From: Rhina ancylostomus
Lineage: Eukaryota
DNA length: 64,000 bases
Assembly (NCBI GenBank): GCA_030265395.1
Contig: JARFYF010000094.1
Location: 33,531,913-33,595,912 of the forward strand
Reading direction: 5' to 3'
Part shown: positions 1 through 12,350 of the stretch, in pieces
Position numbering within the stretch: the stretch's first letter is position 1
Layout: each line of letters starts with the position of its first letter
Notes under the pieces: generated by a model
Told to the model about the DNA's origin: nothing
What the model saw: only the letters and a program-made list of their open reading frames with translations
Database searches by the model: none
Program-made: the position numbers and the translations under genes

Positions 1-1789
1 CTTTGTACAATTTCAACATCATAAATGCCACCTTAAGCTCTTTAAATGGTTGTAAGCTGTTAAAATCTACACTTAAAGTGATTTTATTTTCCGATGCAGT
101 ACCGCAAGAATGAAAAATATGGACACAGCAGTAAACATCCAGATCATTGAGTAAAACTGCAGTTTATTTATAATTAGCTGCAAATAACTGTGTAACTCTT
201 AGTTATTTGTTGAATTAAAATGCTCTAAGTATCTTCATGCAAAATTAAACATTCTTGTAATATTTCAGTAATGAAGAGTAATACATCATGTGTGTTTTCC
301 CTAATGTTAAAACTACTAACGCAGAGAAAGTTCCAGGTGCACAAAGATTAACGTAGTCAACAAGCAGCTGAGGGAATAACATGGGTGGACTTCAGTTCTG
401 GCCTTGTGATGAACCTAAAGTCCTATGTATTTAAAATGATTTTTCTGTATTACTGTGTGTTATTTATAAAGCACAAAGAATGACATTGTCATGGCAGCAA
501 AACAAGTAACAACATAGATGTCCTCCAGCAAGGAGTCACTCAATAACTCATTAACCCTCCTTTGGCCAAAACCGCACCTGAAAGCCAGAGCTCCTTTATT
601 ACATTTACAGATTACTTGTACTGATTTACAGAAATAGTTTTTATTCAAGGAGTACTGTGTATACAGCTGGGAGGCATAAAGGAGTCTGTGGCAAGGAAAA
701 AACTCAATTTCTAAAGCTTTGATGATAGCCATTTAAGTTTACAGCCACCACAGTGCAATCTAAAGTAAATACTGTAGTAACAAATGCAGCTCGTAAATTT
801 TATTGAAATAGTATAAAGATTTTGAACAATTCTGAAAATAAAATAACTGCTTAATATATTGTACATAACCACTGGAAATATTTTCTATACCATATCCTAA
901 TACTATAACCTTCATAGGATTTGATAGCTTTCTAAAAGTCTCCAAAACAAATCTTGATAAATAACAATTGCACAAATTCTGAAAGTTGAACAATACAAAA
1001 TACATTTGAACAATGCAATACCAATTGATAGAAAGATGAAATTAACTTTTGAACAATATTTATAAAGGCTGATGCCAACACGAAGGATGATCAATTCACC
1101 TGAGATGCACACACATCACCAAACTGCAAAAAACCCTCCAAAACACATCCCATTATAAGTAACTAAAAAAAAGATTTGTCATTTTTTTTCCTTTAAAAAA
1201 AGAGAACACAGGTTCACACTCATCATTCCACCAGCAAAGGTTGGAAGTCTGGAGGCCTAGGTATGTGCAGGCACAACATAAATACACATTCATTCATTTG
1301 TTCTTTCAAGTGTAACCTTAAACTAATTGGAAAAACAAATACACTCGCATTTAATCACCACAAAAATGGGACCCCCAGTTGCAAAAGCAAGTACTATGAA
1401 CCATAGCAAGTCAGATGTGTACTAGCTTAATCATCATGAAAACAGGACAAATACAACATAAATTATAGATTAACCTTGGCGAAAACAAACACGTAGTCAC
1501 CAAAAAGTTACAATGGGCACCATACCTCAAAAACCAGGCCTATATCCAATAAACCTAGGCAAAGAAACATACCATTGCACATTTGGAAACTCTCACGCAC
1601 TCTCATCTTCGAAACCCAGCTACACTCCAGCTAAGCCTTCCAGACAATTAGATACAACTAAAGCACCTGATAAATCAGACATGCAACTCACTACACCACC
1701 ATGAAAACCAGAAACATGCCCACAAACACCTAGAAGTCTGAAGTATTTTCACTAAACCAACAATAATGACAAACATAAACTATATATGC

Positions 1790-1910
1790 ATGAAAATATC
1801 TGGAATGTCAGAAATGTTCCTACTTAAATCTGCAAAACAAAACTTAATTTCCACCATCAAGAAAAACATAAACATTGTCTTTTTTTGATAAGAATCTGGA
1901 AAATGAATAA
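1790..1910 (+). mobile_element. Possible highly decayed LINE endonuclease N-terminus
   Basis: IWNVR followed, after a frameshift, by LISTIKKNINIVFF, resembling the APE WNVRG...IDIVFLxETW start, within an A/C-skewed tract. Confidence 0.3.
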
Positions 1911-4119
1911 AACTCCAAGAAAATAGGCACCAACCTACTAACCAATTACAAAGGATAAAAATTAGATATTTGCAGTTATATCGAGCCATTAATTTCCCAT
2001 TATGATTATGGTGAACCTACTCAGACATCGCAATATTTTCAGAAAAAAACAGTAGTAATCTAGGGTAGAAATCTTTCAATGATATGTTACACATTTTCTA
2101 AATATCCAGATATTTCAAAAAAATTATTTCATTGACAAAGTAGGGTTGGCTTTCTTGGTCATTGTTAACATTGAAACAGTTAAGACTGTCAATGAATTTT
2201 AGTACTAAAAGTATTTGTTACTTTAGGATAGCTGCATCTTTTGAGCAGTTCTTTAGTTCGCTTGACATCTCTTGACACCATAAAATGCAGCTTTCAAATC
2301 TGCAAAAAAAAATCAGTATTTAATGTTTTTAAGGACAGCTAAAGAAGTGCATATAGTCACAGCTGAAAACCCATTCAGATTTCAATGCTTGAAATGAAAA
2401 CCTCAGTCTACTGCTGTCACTCACACCTCCCATTCATTTTGTAGTTATGTTCCATTAAAAGCAACACCCATTTTTACAACACCGAGGAGCTGAGTAATCA
2501 CTTGTTTCTCCCTAGTTGTTGATTCCAAACAGAAATATTCAGTTACTTCCAAGTGACAAACCTAATACAGATGCACAGCATATAAACTAGGCAAAATGTG
2601 ACAAATAAAATGATACAAAATGAAATATGACTCTTTCTATTGTTACAACCCATCGATAGAAGCTCTGATTGGAAAGAAAAACTAGTATTCGTACTTATTC
2701 AGGAGCTGCAATATGAAAACAATTAACAGAAATAGTCATCAATGGATATAAACAAAATCAAACGGGTGCACAAAGTTTAAAGGCAACAGCCATCTACTTT
2801 CATTAATTGGCAGTTTCACCCAGCATCTGCTTGAAACATGAAACAGACAATTGTGTTTCTGGCTCTGACTCAGGTGTTTGAAACACAGGACAAACAGACT
2901 ACTGTGTATAAACTTTCCTCGAGCAATGTTTTTTTTATTAACTTCCTTGCATTACAAACAGAGTTGCAGAGTGGTTAGTCCCTGTTGAATCATCCAAGAT
3001 TTCAGCTATTTATTAATTCTAGTCACCAAATGCCTTTTGGATGGGCCCAGACTTGTCTGCAATATGTAACCTCACATCTCCATAGGCAAGGGAGGGAAAA
3101 AAAACAAATGGGCTCTGTTTAGTTCATCATCCATACGTGTAAATTCCAAACTGAATACCAGCTTTCTGCACAAATATGTCATTCTTATCCAGGAGGCCCC
3201 TGCCAATGAAAATAAGTCACATAATGTAGGGGTGTACTGTTATAATTAAAACTGAACTCTTCCACTTCATGCATTTCATTAAAAATTTAAGAATTTTTTC
3301 ACAATACAATAGCTGTATTATAAAGATTATCCCAGACAGCATGTCTGATGGTCTTGCAGCACCACAGAAGTACACAAAAAGGAAAGGACAGGAACTTGGA
3401 TTGGTTTACACCTAACAAAGCACAAGGGGGCCCTAATTCCCTATGGTACCCAGTTCATTTTAACAATCGCCACTCAACAGGTTTTTTACTAACTTTTAAC
3501 TCCTATCACTTACCTGAACATTCACATTAAGTACAAAAACATTGCCATGATTAAAGCATTTCCTTTGTTTTATCTGGAGAGTGGGAATGTGATGTGTGTT
3601 TTTCTGGTACATTTGCACCAATTATAAACAAAAACCCATTGTTTGTCACACCTCACTGGGAATTTTTTCAGATGATAAGGAAACAATTATCAGCTATTAC
3701 TGAAGAGACCTGTCCCAAATTGAAACCTATCTTTTACTTTTCTGATACTGTCTACGATTAAATGGACCTTAAAAATAACAAGTCTTGTGTACTTCATATC
3801 ATTTATAATGTGTGCAGCCAAGTTAGGTGGAGGCATTGGACGCAATTTCCTACTACCTTCTCCACCCTCTGAACCACACCCTAACAGAGCCTTATGCATG
3901 AGCTACTTTATACACAACTTCTTCATTGCTCTTTCAAGTGAAAATACATCTATTTCACCTTCCTGAATCTGACTTCTTTTCTTACCTATTGTCCCAAAAA
4001 GAAAATAACCTATAATAAACTATATTTCTAAATGTATATTAAACCCATTTATCATCCAGTTTTTCCTCTACTTGTGTGTAATAAGATTGAAATTTAACTT
4101 TGGCTGCCTGGTACTTAAT

Positions 4120-6850
4120 AGCTGATGATACAGTGATTACGTTACCAGACTAGTAACCTAGAGGACTGGACCAACAATCCAGACACTAATTTAAAATCCC
4201 ACCATAGCAGACGTGGAATTTAAATTCAGCTAAAGGTAATCTACAAATCAAGAAATTTTTTTAAAAATTGTGAATTATGATAAACAAACATCTAGTCCAC
4301 AAATCTTCTTCAGGTGACCTGCTGTCTTTACCGTCACCCAGCTTGGTTTATATGAGACTCCAGACCTCCACTAAGTGTCCTCCAAAATGACGTAGCAAAC
4401 TACTTTATTATATTATAATTGCTGCATTCACAGACAGAACACCCAGTAGCAACCTAGGCATTCAATTTGTCATTACAACTTCCCTCCCAGCCCCAGTGGG
4501 CCTCGTGAAGACATTCTCAAACAATTGGGGACTAATGTCTAAATTGAGAGCTGCCCCACGGACTTGTCAAGCAACAGCTGAATGTAGTCATACCCAAGCA
4601 CACCTTACATTGTGTTATACTCTTCTATAAACATGCCTGGGAACATCCGGTCCCACTCGCAAGATAAACTATTCAGAAATGATGGTGTAGTGATTATAGA
4701 GCTATGACAGAGTGAGCCTAGTTCTCAATAGTCACAGGATCTGATCGGGAAAGAAATCCCCTGCTATTACCATGTACAGTCATACTCAAATCATGCATAT
4801 GTTTCACTTTTAGGTAACAGTTGCTCAAACACTCAAATTAGCAAGAGCACAGAATTTACTTTGGATGGAAGACATCAGTCTCTACTACAAAGAGGGGCTT
4901 TGTAGCAGCACCAGTAGACAAGCTTACTGAGGCTTGAAGGCCGCAGTAAGTAGCCCAACACAAAGGATAAATCTATTTTAACTTGACTTCACTAATCTAC
5001 CTGTTTGAAAAGTATTTGATCATGACAGCAGTGGTAGGAATAGCAACTTCTTATCTTCATAGCAAGGATATGCTCCATCATGTTTTGTGGCACTATCATT
5101 GTATTGAATGGGATAAACTTAGGAAGACCTGTCAACTCAAAACTGGGCATCCATGAAGCACTGTGGACCATTAGCAGCAGTAAAAACAACCATGATTCGT
5201 GACCTCACAACCCAACCTATCATTATCACTCTGTTATAACAGTCAGCCAAAGTATCGACTCTTATGCAATGAAGAATGTTGAAGGGAATACCTGGAATAA
5301 TGCAGGTATCTAAAAGTGAGGTGCCAACCTATTGAAGGTGTAAAACAGGACTACACGCATGCTGAACAACAAGCAAGAAACAGATCCACAACCAATGAAG
5401 CAGAGCAAGCGTCAAACAACTAACACAAAAACAGAAGCTCAAAAGATATCCCTATTTTCAACAATGGTTTGCTCCACATGTCAGTACCAAAGACAAAGGC
5501 TGAAGTATCTGCAACCACATTCAAACAAAATCGTTGAGTGGATGATCCATCTCAGATAGCTCCCCAACATCACAGAAACAAGTCTTCAACCAATTATAGT
5601 CCTATATGATCTGGCTAAAATCACTGGATACTTCGAAGGCTATGGGTCAAGATAACATCTTCCATGTGGCAACGGGGTGGAGCGGGCAAGTGGGATTAGC
5701 TGGATTACTCATATAAACAGTCAATACAGATTTAACTGGCTCAAATGGTCTAACTTATGTGATTCTGTAGTGCAGGGGGATGTGTGTTCTCAGGCTAGCT
5801 CTGTCTCCAGCCAAGCAGTTCTAGTTTCGGTACTGCCCGGGCATCTATCTGACAATGTGGAAAGCTGTCGGACATATATTCTGTCCACTAAAGGGAGGAC
5901 AATCAGAATAATTATTATCCAATCAATTTACTCTTAAACATGCAATCAAGTGGTACTCATGCACAAATAATCTGTTTAACAATGAGTTTGGATTTCACCA
6001 GTAGGGGAGCTATACCTTGAACAAAGGAAAGCACTTGTAGTTGTTAGAAGTCTATCATGCCAGCCCCAGGCCATCAGTGCAGATGTTCCTCAGGGACCTG
6101 CCATCTTCAGCTGCTTCATCAGAGGGCTTGCTTCCACCATAACATGAAGTTCACTATCATTGAACAATGTTTGTTGCGGTTCACAAATCCTTAGCTAATG
6201 AAGCAGTCCATGCCCAGGTACAAATCAGACTTTGACAACCTTTGGGCATGAACTTATAGGAGTTGATTGAAATGGAGACTACAACAAGGTCTGACAATGG
6301 CCATATGAAACAAGAAAATGATTAACCACCATGCAGTGAGCAGATGAGATGATCAACACTGACCAGAAACTTAGAAGCTGGGTATCCTGTGCCAGGTGAC
6401 TTCCTATCAAACATTCCAAAGCCTTTCCACTTGTCAAAGGCATAAGTCAGGAGTTTAATGGAACATTATCCAGAGCTTTAAGACAACTCAGGCAGCTCAA
6501 TACAATCTGGAACAAAGCAAACTGCTTGATTAGCATCCCATTCAACACCCTAAGCATTCCTTCCTTTAACACTGTGGCTGCAGTGTGCGCCATCCACAAN
6601 NNNNNNNNNNNNNNNATGCCTAAGATACGCCAAGAGCAACCCCCAAACCTCTACCACCCAAAATGACAAGGACAGCAGGCACACATCATACTAACTTAGA
6701 AATATATTGTCTGTCCATTCTTTTTTGCAGCATACAAGTCCTACCAACACTTTGTGGAAACATCTTCACCAGAAGGATTACAGTGGTTCAAGAAGCTAGC
6801 TCACCAACACCTTCTCAAGGACATTAGGGATAGGTATTAAATGTTGGCTT
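4120..6850 (+). mobile_element. Decayed CR1/L2-group LINE (EN+RT relics) with a SINE-like 5' head
   Basis: EN-like start at about 4520 (NWGLMSKL...LVKQQ..VVI), RT-like VSADVPQG at about 6075, and a 3' tail CTCACCAACACCTTCTCAAGGACATTAGGGATAGGTATTAAATGTTGG shared with copies at about 29550, 35830 and 53960. Confidence 0.7.
5660..5770 (+). mobile_element. Short CR1 3'-end fragment nested in the LINE
   Basis: GGGCAAGTGGGATTAG...GGCTCAAATGGTCT...GTGATTCTGT resembles the CR1 3' hairpin/tail seen at 36960-37075. Confidence 0.45.
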
Positions 6851-6851
6851 C

Positions 6852-7845
6852 AACATAGAACAGTACAGCACTGGGCAGGCCATTCGGCTCATGATGTTGT
6901 GCTGATCTTGATGCAGATTTATACTAAACTCTTGTTTATCATCCATATCCCTCCATTCCTTTCTTATTCATGTGTCTATCTAAAAGCCTCTTGAACTCCA
7001 CCAGACTGCCTGATTCCACTACCACCCCTTCCACCCATTCCAGGTATCTACCACTCTGCGTAAAAAACTTGCCCCTCACACCGCCTTTAAACTTTCCCCC
7101 TCTAATCTTAAAAGCATGTCCTCTGGTGTTTGACATTTCTACCCCAGGGAACAGATTCTGAGCATCTACCCTATCTATGCCTCTCATAATTTAAAAAGCC
7201 TCCATCAGGTCTCCCCTTAGCCTCTGATGCTCAAATGAGAACAACTTAAGTTTGTTCAACCTATCCTTATAGCTCATATCTTCTAATCCAGGCAGCATTC
7301 TGGTAAACCTCTTCAGCATCTTCTGAATGAATCTACCATAAGGGACCTTGTCAAATACCTTACTAAAGTCCACGTAGATAACATCCACTGCCTCACGCTT
7401 ATCAAGCACCTTTGTCACCTCCTCACAAAACTCATTCAAGTTTGTAAGACGTGACTTGCCCCATACAAAGCCATGCTGACTGTCCCTATGCAGGCCATGT
7501 GCACAAGTCCTATCTATCACCATCTTCTCCAATAGCTTCCCTACCACTGACACAAGGCTCATTGGCTTATAATTACCTGGAATATCCCTATTTTCCTTCT
7601 TGAACAAAGCCACAACATCTGCTACTCTCCAGTCCTCCGGGACCTCGCCTGTTCTAAGTGAGGACACAAAGATCCTTGTCAAAGCTCCAGCAATCTCCTC
7701 ACTTGCTTCCTTCAATATTCTGGAATATATGCCATGAAGCTCTGGTGACTTATCCACCTTAAAGCTTTTCAGAAGACCTAGCAATACCTCCTTCTTAATC
7801 TCCAAATGTCCCAGCACAATAGTATGCCCGACTCTGTTTTCATAG
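6852..7845 (-). mobile_element. CR1 LINE RT fragment, 5'-truncated and internally deleted
   Basis: ORF 7191-7922 contains PEDWRVADVV, PGNYKPMSLVSVVGKLLE, SQHGF..GKS.LTNL and VDVIYVDFSKVFDKVP. ORF 6939-7187 gives TRGH.FKIRG...FFTQ. The 3' tail ends GTACTGTTCTATGTT. Confidence 0.92.
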
Positions 7846-9017
7846 TGCTCATTTAGTTTACTTATCAAAATGTTGTCTGAATTCTCCACTAAAAGTTTAA
7901 AAATTAAATAATGTTTTGGCAATTAAAATTTATTTTGATTTTGTATTTTAAGTCACATAAATGGTATCTACTTATGCAATTTAATTTTGAACAAAAATGT
8001 GAAAGTAATTGAAACAGAACCACCACACATTACCTAGAGTGTTGTTTTGTCAATAGAAATGCCTGCGCTTACTATTTCCCCTTAAGTCTCACGTTCACAG
8101 TCACAGTGCTTTTTTTCCATTTCATTATTTTGATGAACTGCATTTCCATCAGGCCCCAATTCCATGAAGCCCTGTGCTGCCCTCATCCCCGGTATGTTGG
8201 ATTGTGCTGAATGGCACACAGTATTTACAGATATTGTTATCTTTATCTGTGACAAGAAGAATCAATCAATCACACTGCTTCATCTTTCTATATTCAAGGC
8301 ACATCTCTGCTGTTTTAGGCTACTGGATCACAATGTTATCCAATTGAATTTGATCAGCAAATGCACCACAGTGATCTCTGATGAAGACGTTATTAAGTGA
8401 AACTGAGCAAAGTGATGAAGGCAGAACACAAAAAGACAAGCACAGCTGGACATTTATAGTTGTCTGGATATTTTTTCATATTACCAAAGGTCAGCTTTTC
8501 TGTTCCAGAATTTCCTTTATTTGTAGTTCAAGAGCTGTAAGATTACAAACAGCAGGTGTCAAATAAAGAAAGCAAAATACAGGCTTAGAACTAGACGGAA
8601 ACCTCAAAAGTAATAGCTGTAACTGTTTGCCGAAAGAGATATTTTATATAAATTATTGTTTAAACTTCAGTCCACTTCACAATCCTGCAGTGCCAGGAAT
8701 GACAGGAGATATGGATTACTGATGGCATATTGATTTACTCTGCTAATAAAATTCCTGTTAAATTACCATACCCTACAATGATAAAATCCTTTTAAAAGTA
8801 CAATATCTACATATCATTTTAAATATTACAACAAAACAAAGCACAACTTCCCTTGACATTCTATGTGGCTTCCTACTATCGTTCATCCTGCACTCTCTTT
8901 CTTCCAGGTCAGAATGTAAGCTACAGTGCATGAAACTAGTGATTGGTTAATATTTTTATCCCAGAACAAAGGCTTAGCAACCTACTGGCATTTATTTTCC
9001 ATTTATCCTTCTTACAT

Positions 9018-9315
9018 GGCAGCACTGTAGTGTAGCAGTTGGCATAACACTATTACAGCACCAGTGACCCAGGTTCAATTGCGGCCGCTGTCTGTAAGGA
9101 GTTGGTACATTCACCCTGTGTGTCTGCGTGGGTTTCCTCTGGGTGCTCAGACTTCCTCTCACATTCCAAAGATGTGCAAGTTAGGAGCTGTGGGCTTGCT
9201 ATGTTGGCGCCGGAAGAGGGATGACACTTGCAGGCTGCCCCCAGCACATTCTCAGTAATGCAAAAAGACACATTTCACTATGTGTTTCAATGTACATGTG
9301 ACCAATAAATATCTT
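9018..9315 (+). mobile_element. tRNA-derived V-SINE with target-site duplication
   Basis: A/B-box-like head (GGTTCAATT), V-domain GCGTGGGTTTCCTCTGGGTGCTC...CACATTCCAAAGA, tail TGTACATGTGACCAATAAA. TTCTTACAT flanks both ends (9009-9017, 9316-9324). Confidence 0.88.
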
Positions 9316-10461
9316 TTCTTACATGTTAACCTGTAAACACCAGAAGTTGCCTGCAAAATGATATTGTAGAAGGTGCAATGATTCTTTGAAGCAACCTCCC
9401 AGAAATTCAGTGATAAAGATATTACCTGGAAAAGTGCAGGTCTGTTGACCTGCATAGGTAATAGTTCTGACTGCAGCTGTCCAAAAATACATAATGGTCC
9501 AGACTGTGCTGTGGTAGTAACAAAGCAAAAGGCTTTCAACGCTATAATACAAGAGATGGCAAATTTAGGATTACCATGATTGCATTGTTTAATACGAAAT
9601 CCTGATGCTGCTGCTGGTGATTCAGCCCTCCTCCACAGGCTGCACTGTTTGCAATCTTCTCCAGCTGAGTCAAACGAAACTGCTTGAAATGAATTTCAGT
9701 TCTTTAGTCTCAGTGAAAGTATCCTCAAAATTTTACACACTGAGCATGGTATCCTTTGGTGTGCTGCTCCACAACCACTGCTAAGAAAACTCTATGGTCC
9801 TAAAAATGATGGAATTTTAGGCTGTGTAATACCTATGTTTGCTTCAGCATAACTTGAAGGGGACTAGCCTGAGCAGGTCTGAGGCCATCAACTCCAGGGT
9901 CTGTGACGGATCAGGACAGATGAGAAGGATCAATGGAGTCCCTTGGTGATCTCCAATCTGCTGACCTTCCCCTTCCACCTGCCTGCAAATTATAGATTGC
10001 TCAGCAGTCCCTCACCACGGAGATGTGAGTTTAAAATGCCCAGCCTGTGCATTGGCAGGCAGCCTAGACTTTCCCTCTGGTTTTTCTCTGCACCTGGATC
10101 ACTGAGTGAAGACATCAGGAGGGAGTAGGTACTCTGGCTCAGTCTGGGACTCATTTAGGGGGAATGGGGTCTGGGATGGAGGGGTTTCTGGGATGTGGGT
10201 TCTTGAGGGGGTGGGTGCGTCTGGTGGGTGCGAGGGAGAAGGAATAGCATGTTCATGGTAAAGGGTATTGCATTATTTTAAGTGGTAAAACAGGCCACAT
10301 ATTATAATATGTTACAATATACCCTCCTTCCTAGATGATAAGACTTGTAAAACTTTGGTGACATGTCTCAACTATTCTCTTATTTGGGGTGGGGTACAAA
10401 TTAGGACAATTTCCATCCCCTCACCCCCCCCACCAAAAAAAAAGACAGGTGAGAAATTTCA

Positions 10462-11042
10462 NNNNNNNNNNNNNNNNNNNNNNNNNNNNNNNNNNNNNNN
10501 NNNNNNNNNNNNNNNNNNNNNNNNNNNNNNNNNNNNNNNNNNNNNNNNNNNNNNNNNNNNNNNNNNNNNNNNNNNNNNNNNNNNNNNNNNNNNNNNNNNN
10601 NNNNNNNNNNNNNNNNNNNNNNNNNNNNNNNNNNNNNNNNNNNNNNNNNNNNNNNNNNNNNNNNNNNNNNNNNNNNNNNNNNNNNNNNNNNNNNNNNNNN
10701 NNNNNNNNNNNNNNNNNNNNNNNNNNNNNNNNNNNNNNNNNNNNNNNNNNNNNNNNNNNNNNNNNNNNNNNNNNNNNNNNNNNNNNNNNNNNNNNNNNNN
10801 NNNNNNNNNNNNNNNNNNNNNNNNNNNNNNNNNNNNNNNNNNNNNNNNNNNNNNNNNNNNNNNNNNNNNNNNNNNNNNNNNNNNNNNNNNNNNNNNNNNN
10901 NNNNNNNNNNNNNNNNNNNNNNNNNNNNNNNNNNNNNNNNNNNNNNNNNNNNNNNNNNNNNNNNNNNNNNNNNNNNNNNNNNNNNNNNNNNNNNNNNNNN
11001 NNNNNNNNNNNNNNNNNNNNNNNNNNNNNNNNNNNNNNNNNN
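10462..11042. other. Assembly gap
   Basis: Run of N. Other gaps lie at 34043-34142, 38596-38695, 39282-39381 and 53072-53171, plus several of 10-25 N. Confidence 1.
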
Positions 11043-12029
11043 TCACAGCTGAGTGATTAATGGGAGAGTGGTCATGGCTTAGTTGTAGTGGCTTAAGGAG
11101 GGATCAATCTGTCAGGAGTTCCAAGCCCTGAACTGGATGGCCAGAACTGCAGGGCCTCAGAATAATATTGAGCTGATGTTTAACAATGGTTACGGCACAG
11201 ATATTGAGAGATCCTTATCAAGAGTTTTCTTCATGGATGACAGCAGGTGGTTTTGCTTCACTGGTGACTGTAAATTCTGTACCATTTTCTCATTTAATAA
11301 CTAATAGCTCTCCCAAAGAGAACTCTTTGACTCATTTGCAGATGCCACTACAAATTGTATTAATGACTGTGGGAACTGGTTAGTTCTTTGTACTTTCATC
11401 ACAAGAACATAGCTTTAATCCAGCCAGGCTGAAGTTAATACAGTCTTCTCGCCTTAAAGAGCTGAAGTTTTGTGACAGTTTGCGAAACTGAATCCTTTCA
11501 TATGATCTATAACATAAAGCTGATCATAACTTAGTCCTGATGAATAATCTTGACAGATGCCTGAACAAAAGGTGGCATTGTAAATGGAAATGTCACAATA
11601 GGGTAAAAAAGCCTTTCTGCTACTGGAACTAAAGCAGGAAGAAAGGGGACTTTATGCTCCAGCTGGCTTTATTAAACATAACCTATTAGTACTTAGTACT
11701 GATTAGTCAGTTAAAAGATGATAGTAGGTCATAATCATCAACTCATCTACCACCTCTGATGGATCAGCATGTATCCTGGGGCTGTGTTGAAGAAATTGGA
11801 ATGTTGGTTGTAAAGCACAATTCTGTCCCTATGACCATACCAGGTCGTTAGCTGACCAGTTTATGACAGAGTTCTCTCCCAATTTAAACTCCAGTCCCCA
11901 GCTATTTTGTTGAAGAGACCTTGTAAAGTCTTCTGAGCCAGGAGTGACTTTACTGTATCTGAATCCAATTCTTCAACTGATGGCAGGTGTTTTAACAGCG
12001 GTTTTGCTACTAAATAGAATGACTTGTTC

Positions 12030-12230
12030 ATACATTTCAGAGGGAGTTAAGCTCTGGAGTTATACAAAAGGCTAGAATTACTTCCCTGAACTAAGACATT
12101 ACTAAATCTCATGGATTTTTTATGACAATCACTAATTTACTTATTTAGCTAAATTCGGATTCTCCAACTGGTGTGGTGGAATTTAAATTTGTGCCTCTTC
12201 ATCATTAGTCTGGGATAATCACCCTAGCAA
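12030..12230 (-). mobile_element. Decayed copy of the tRNA-headed SINE seen at 4120-4400 and 35470-35885
   Basis: Reverse complement reads CCAGACTAATGATG...TTTAAATTCCACCACACCAGTTGGAGAA...TTAACTCCCTCTGAAATG, similar to the other head copies. Confidence 0.55.
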
Positions 12231-12279
12231 CTAAAAACATTTCCCAGATGGAATGTCTAACTACACTGATGTTCCTACT

Positions 12280-12350
12280 GAAAATCTGAAACAGTAACAG
12301 AAAACACTGGAAAAACTCAGCAGATCAGACAGCATCTGCAGACCCAAAAC
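12280..12350 (+). repeat. One arm of the palindromic interspersed repeat
   Basis: ACAGAAAACACTGGAAAAACTCAGCAGATCAGACAGCATCTG matches the arms at 30713, 35220 and 41960. Confidence 0.7.

Noticed and set aside
1490-1960. A/C-skewed tract as a mitochondrial insertion
   Set aside because: No mitochondrial gene or tRNA recognised; a weak LINE endonuclease motif explains it better.
8375-8460. C/D box snoRNA-like motifs (TGATGA, CTGA)
   Set aside because: Antisense to the host gene, with no terminal stem or well-placed final D box.
9600-9700. CAG-rich minus-strand stretch as the next FOXP1 poly-Q exon
   Set aside because: It does not encode the expected ALQVARQLLL...KSPK sequence.
10355-11060. 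Long ORFs spanning N runs (also 30710-31569, 38496-38783, 52933-53246)
   Set aside because: Artefacts of translating assembly gaps.
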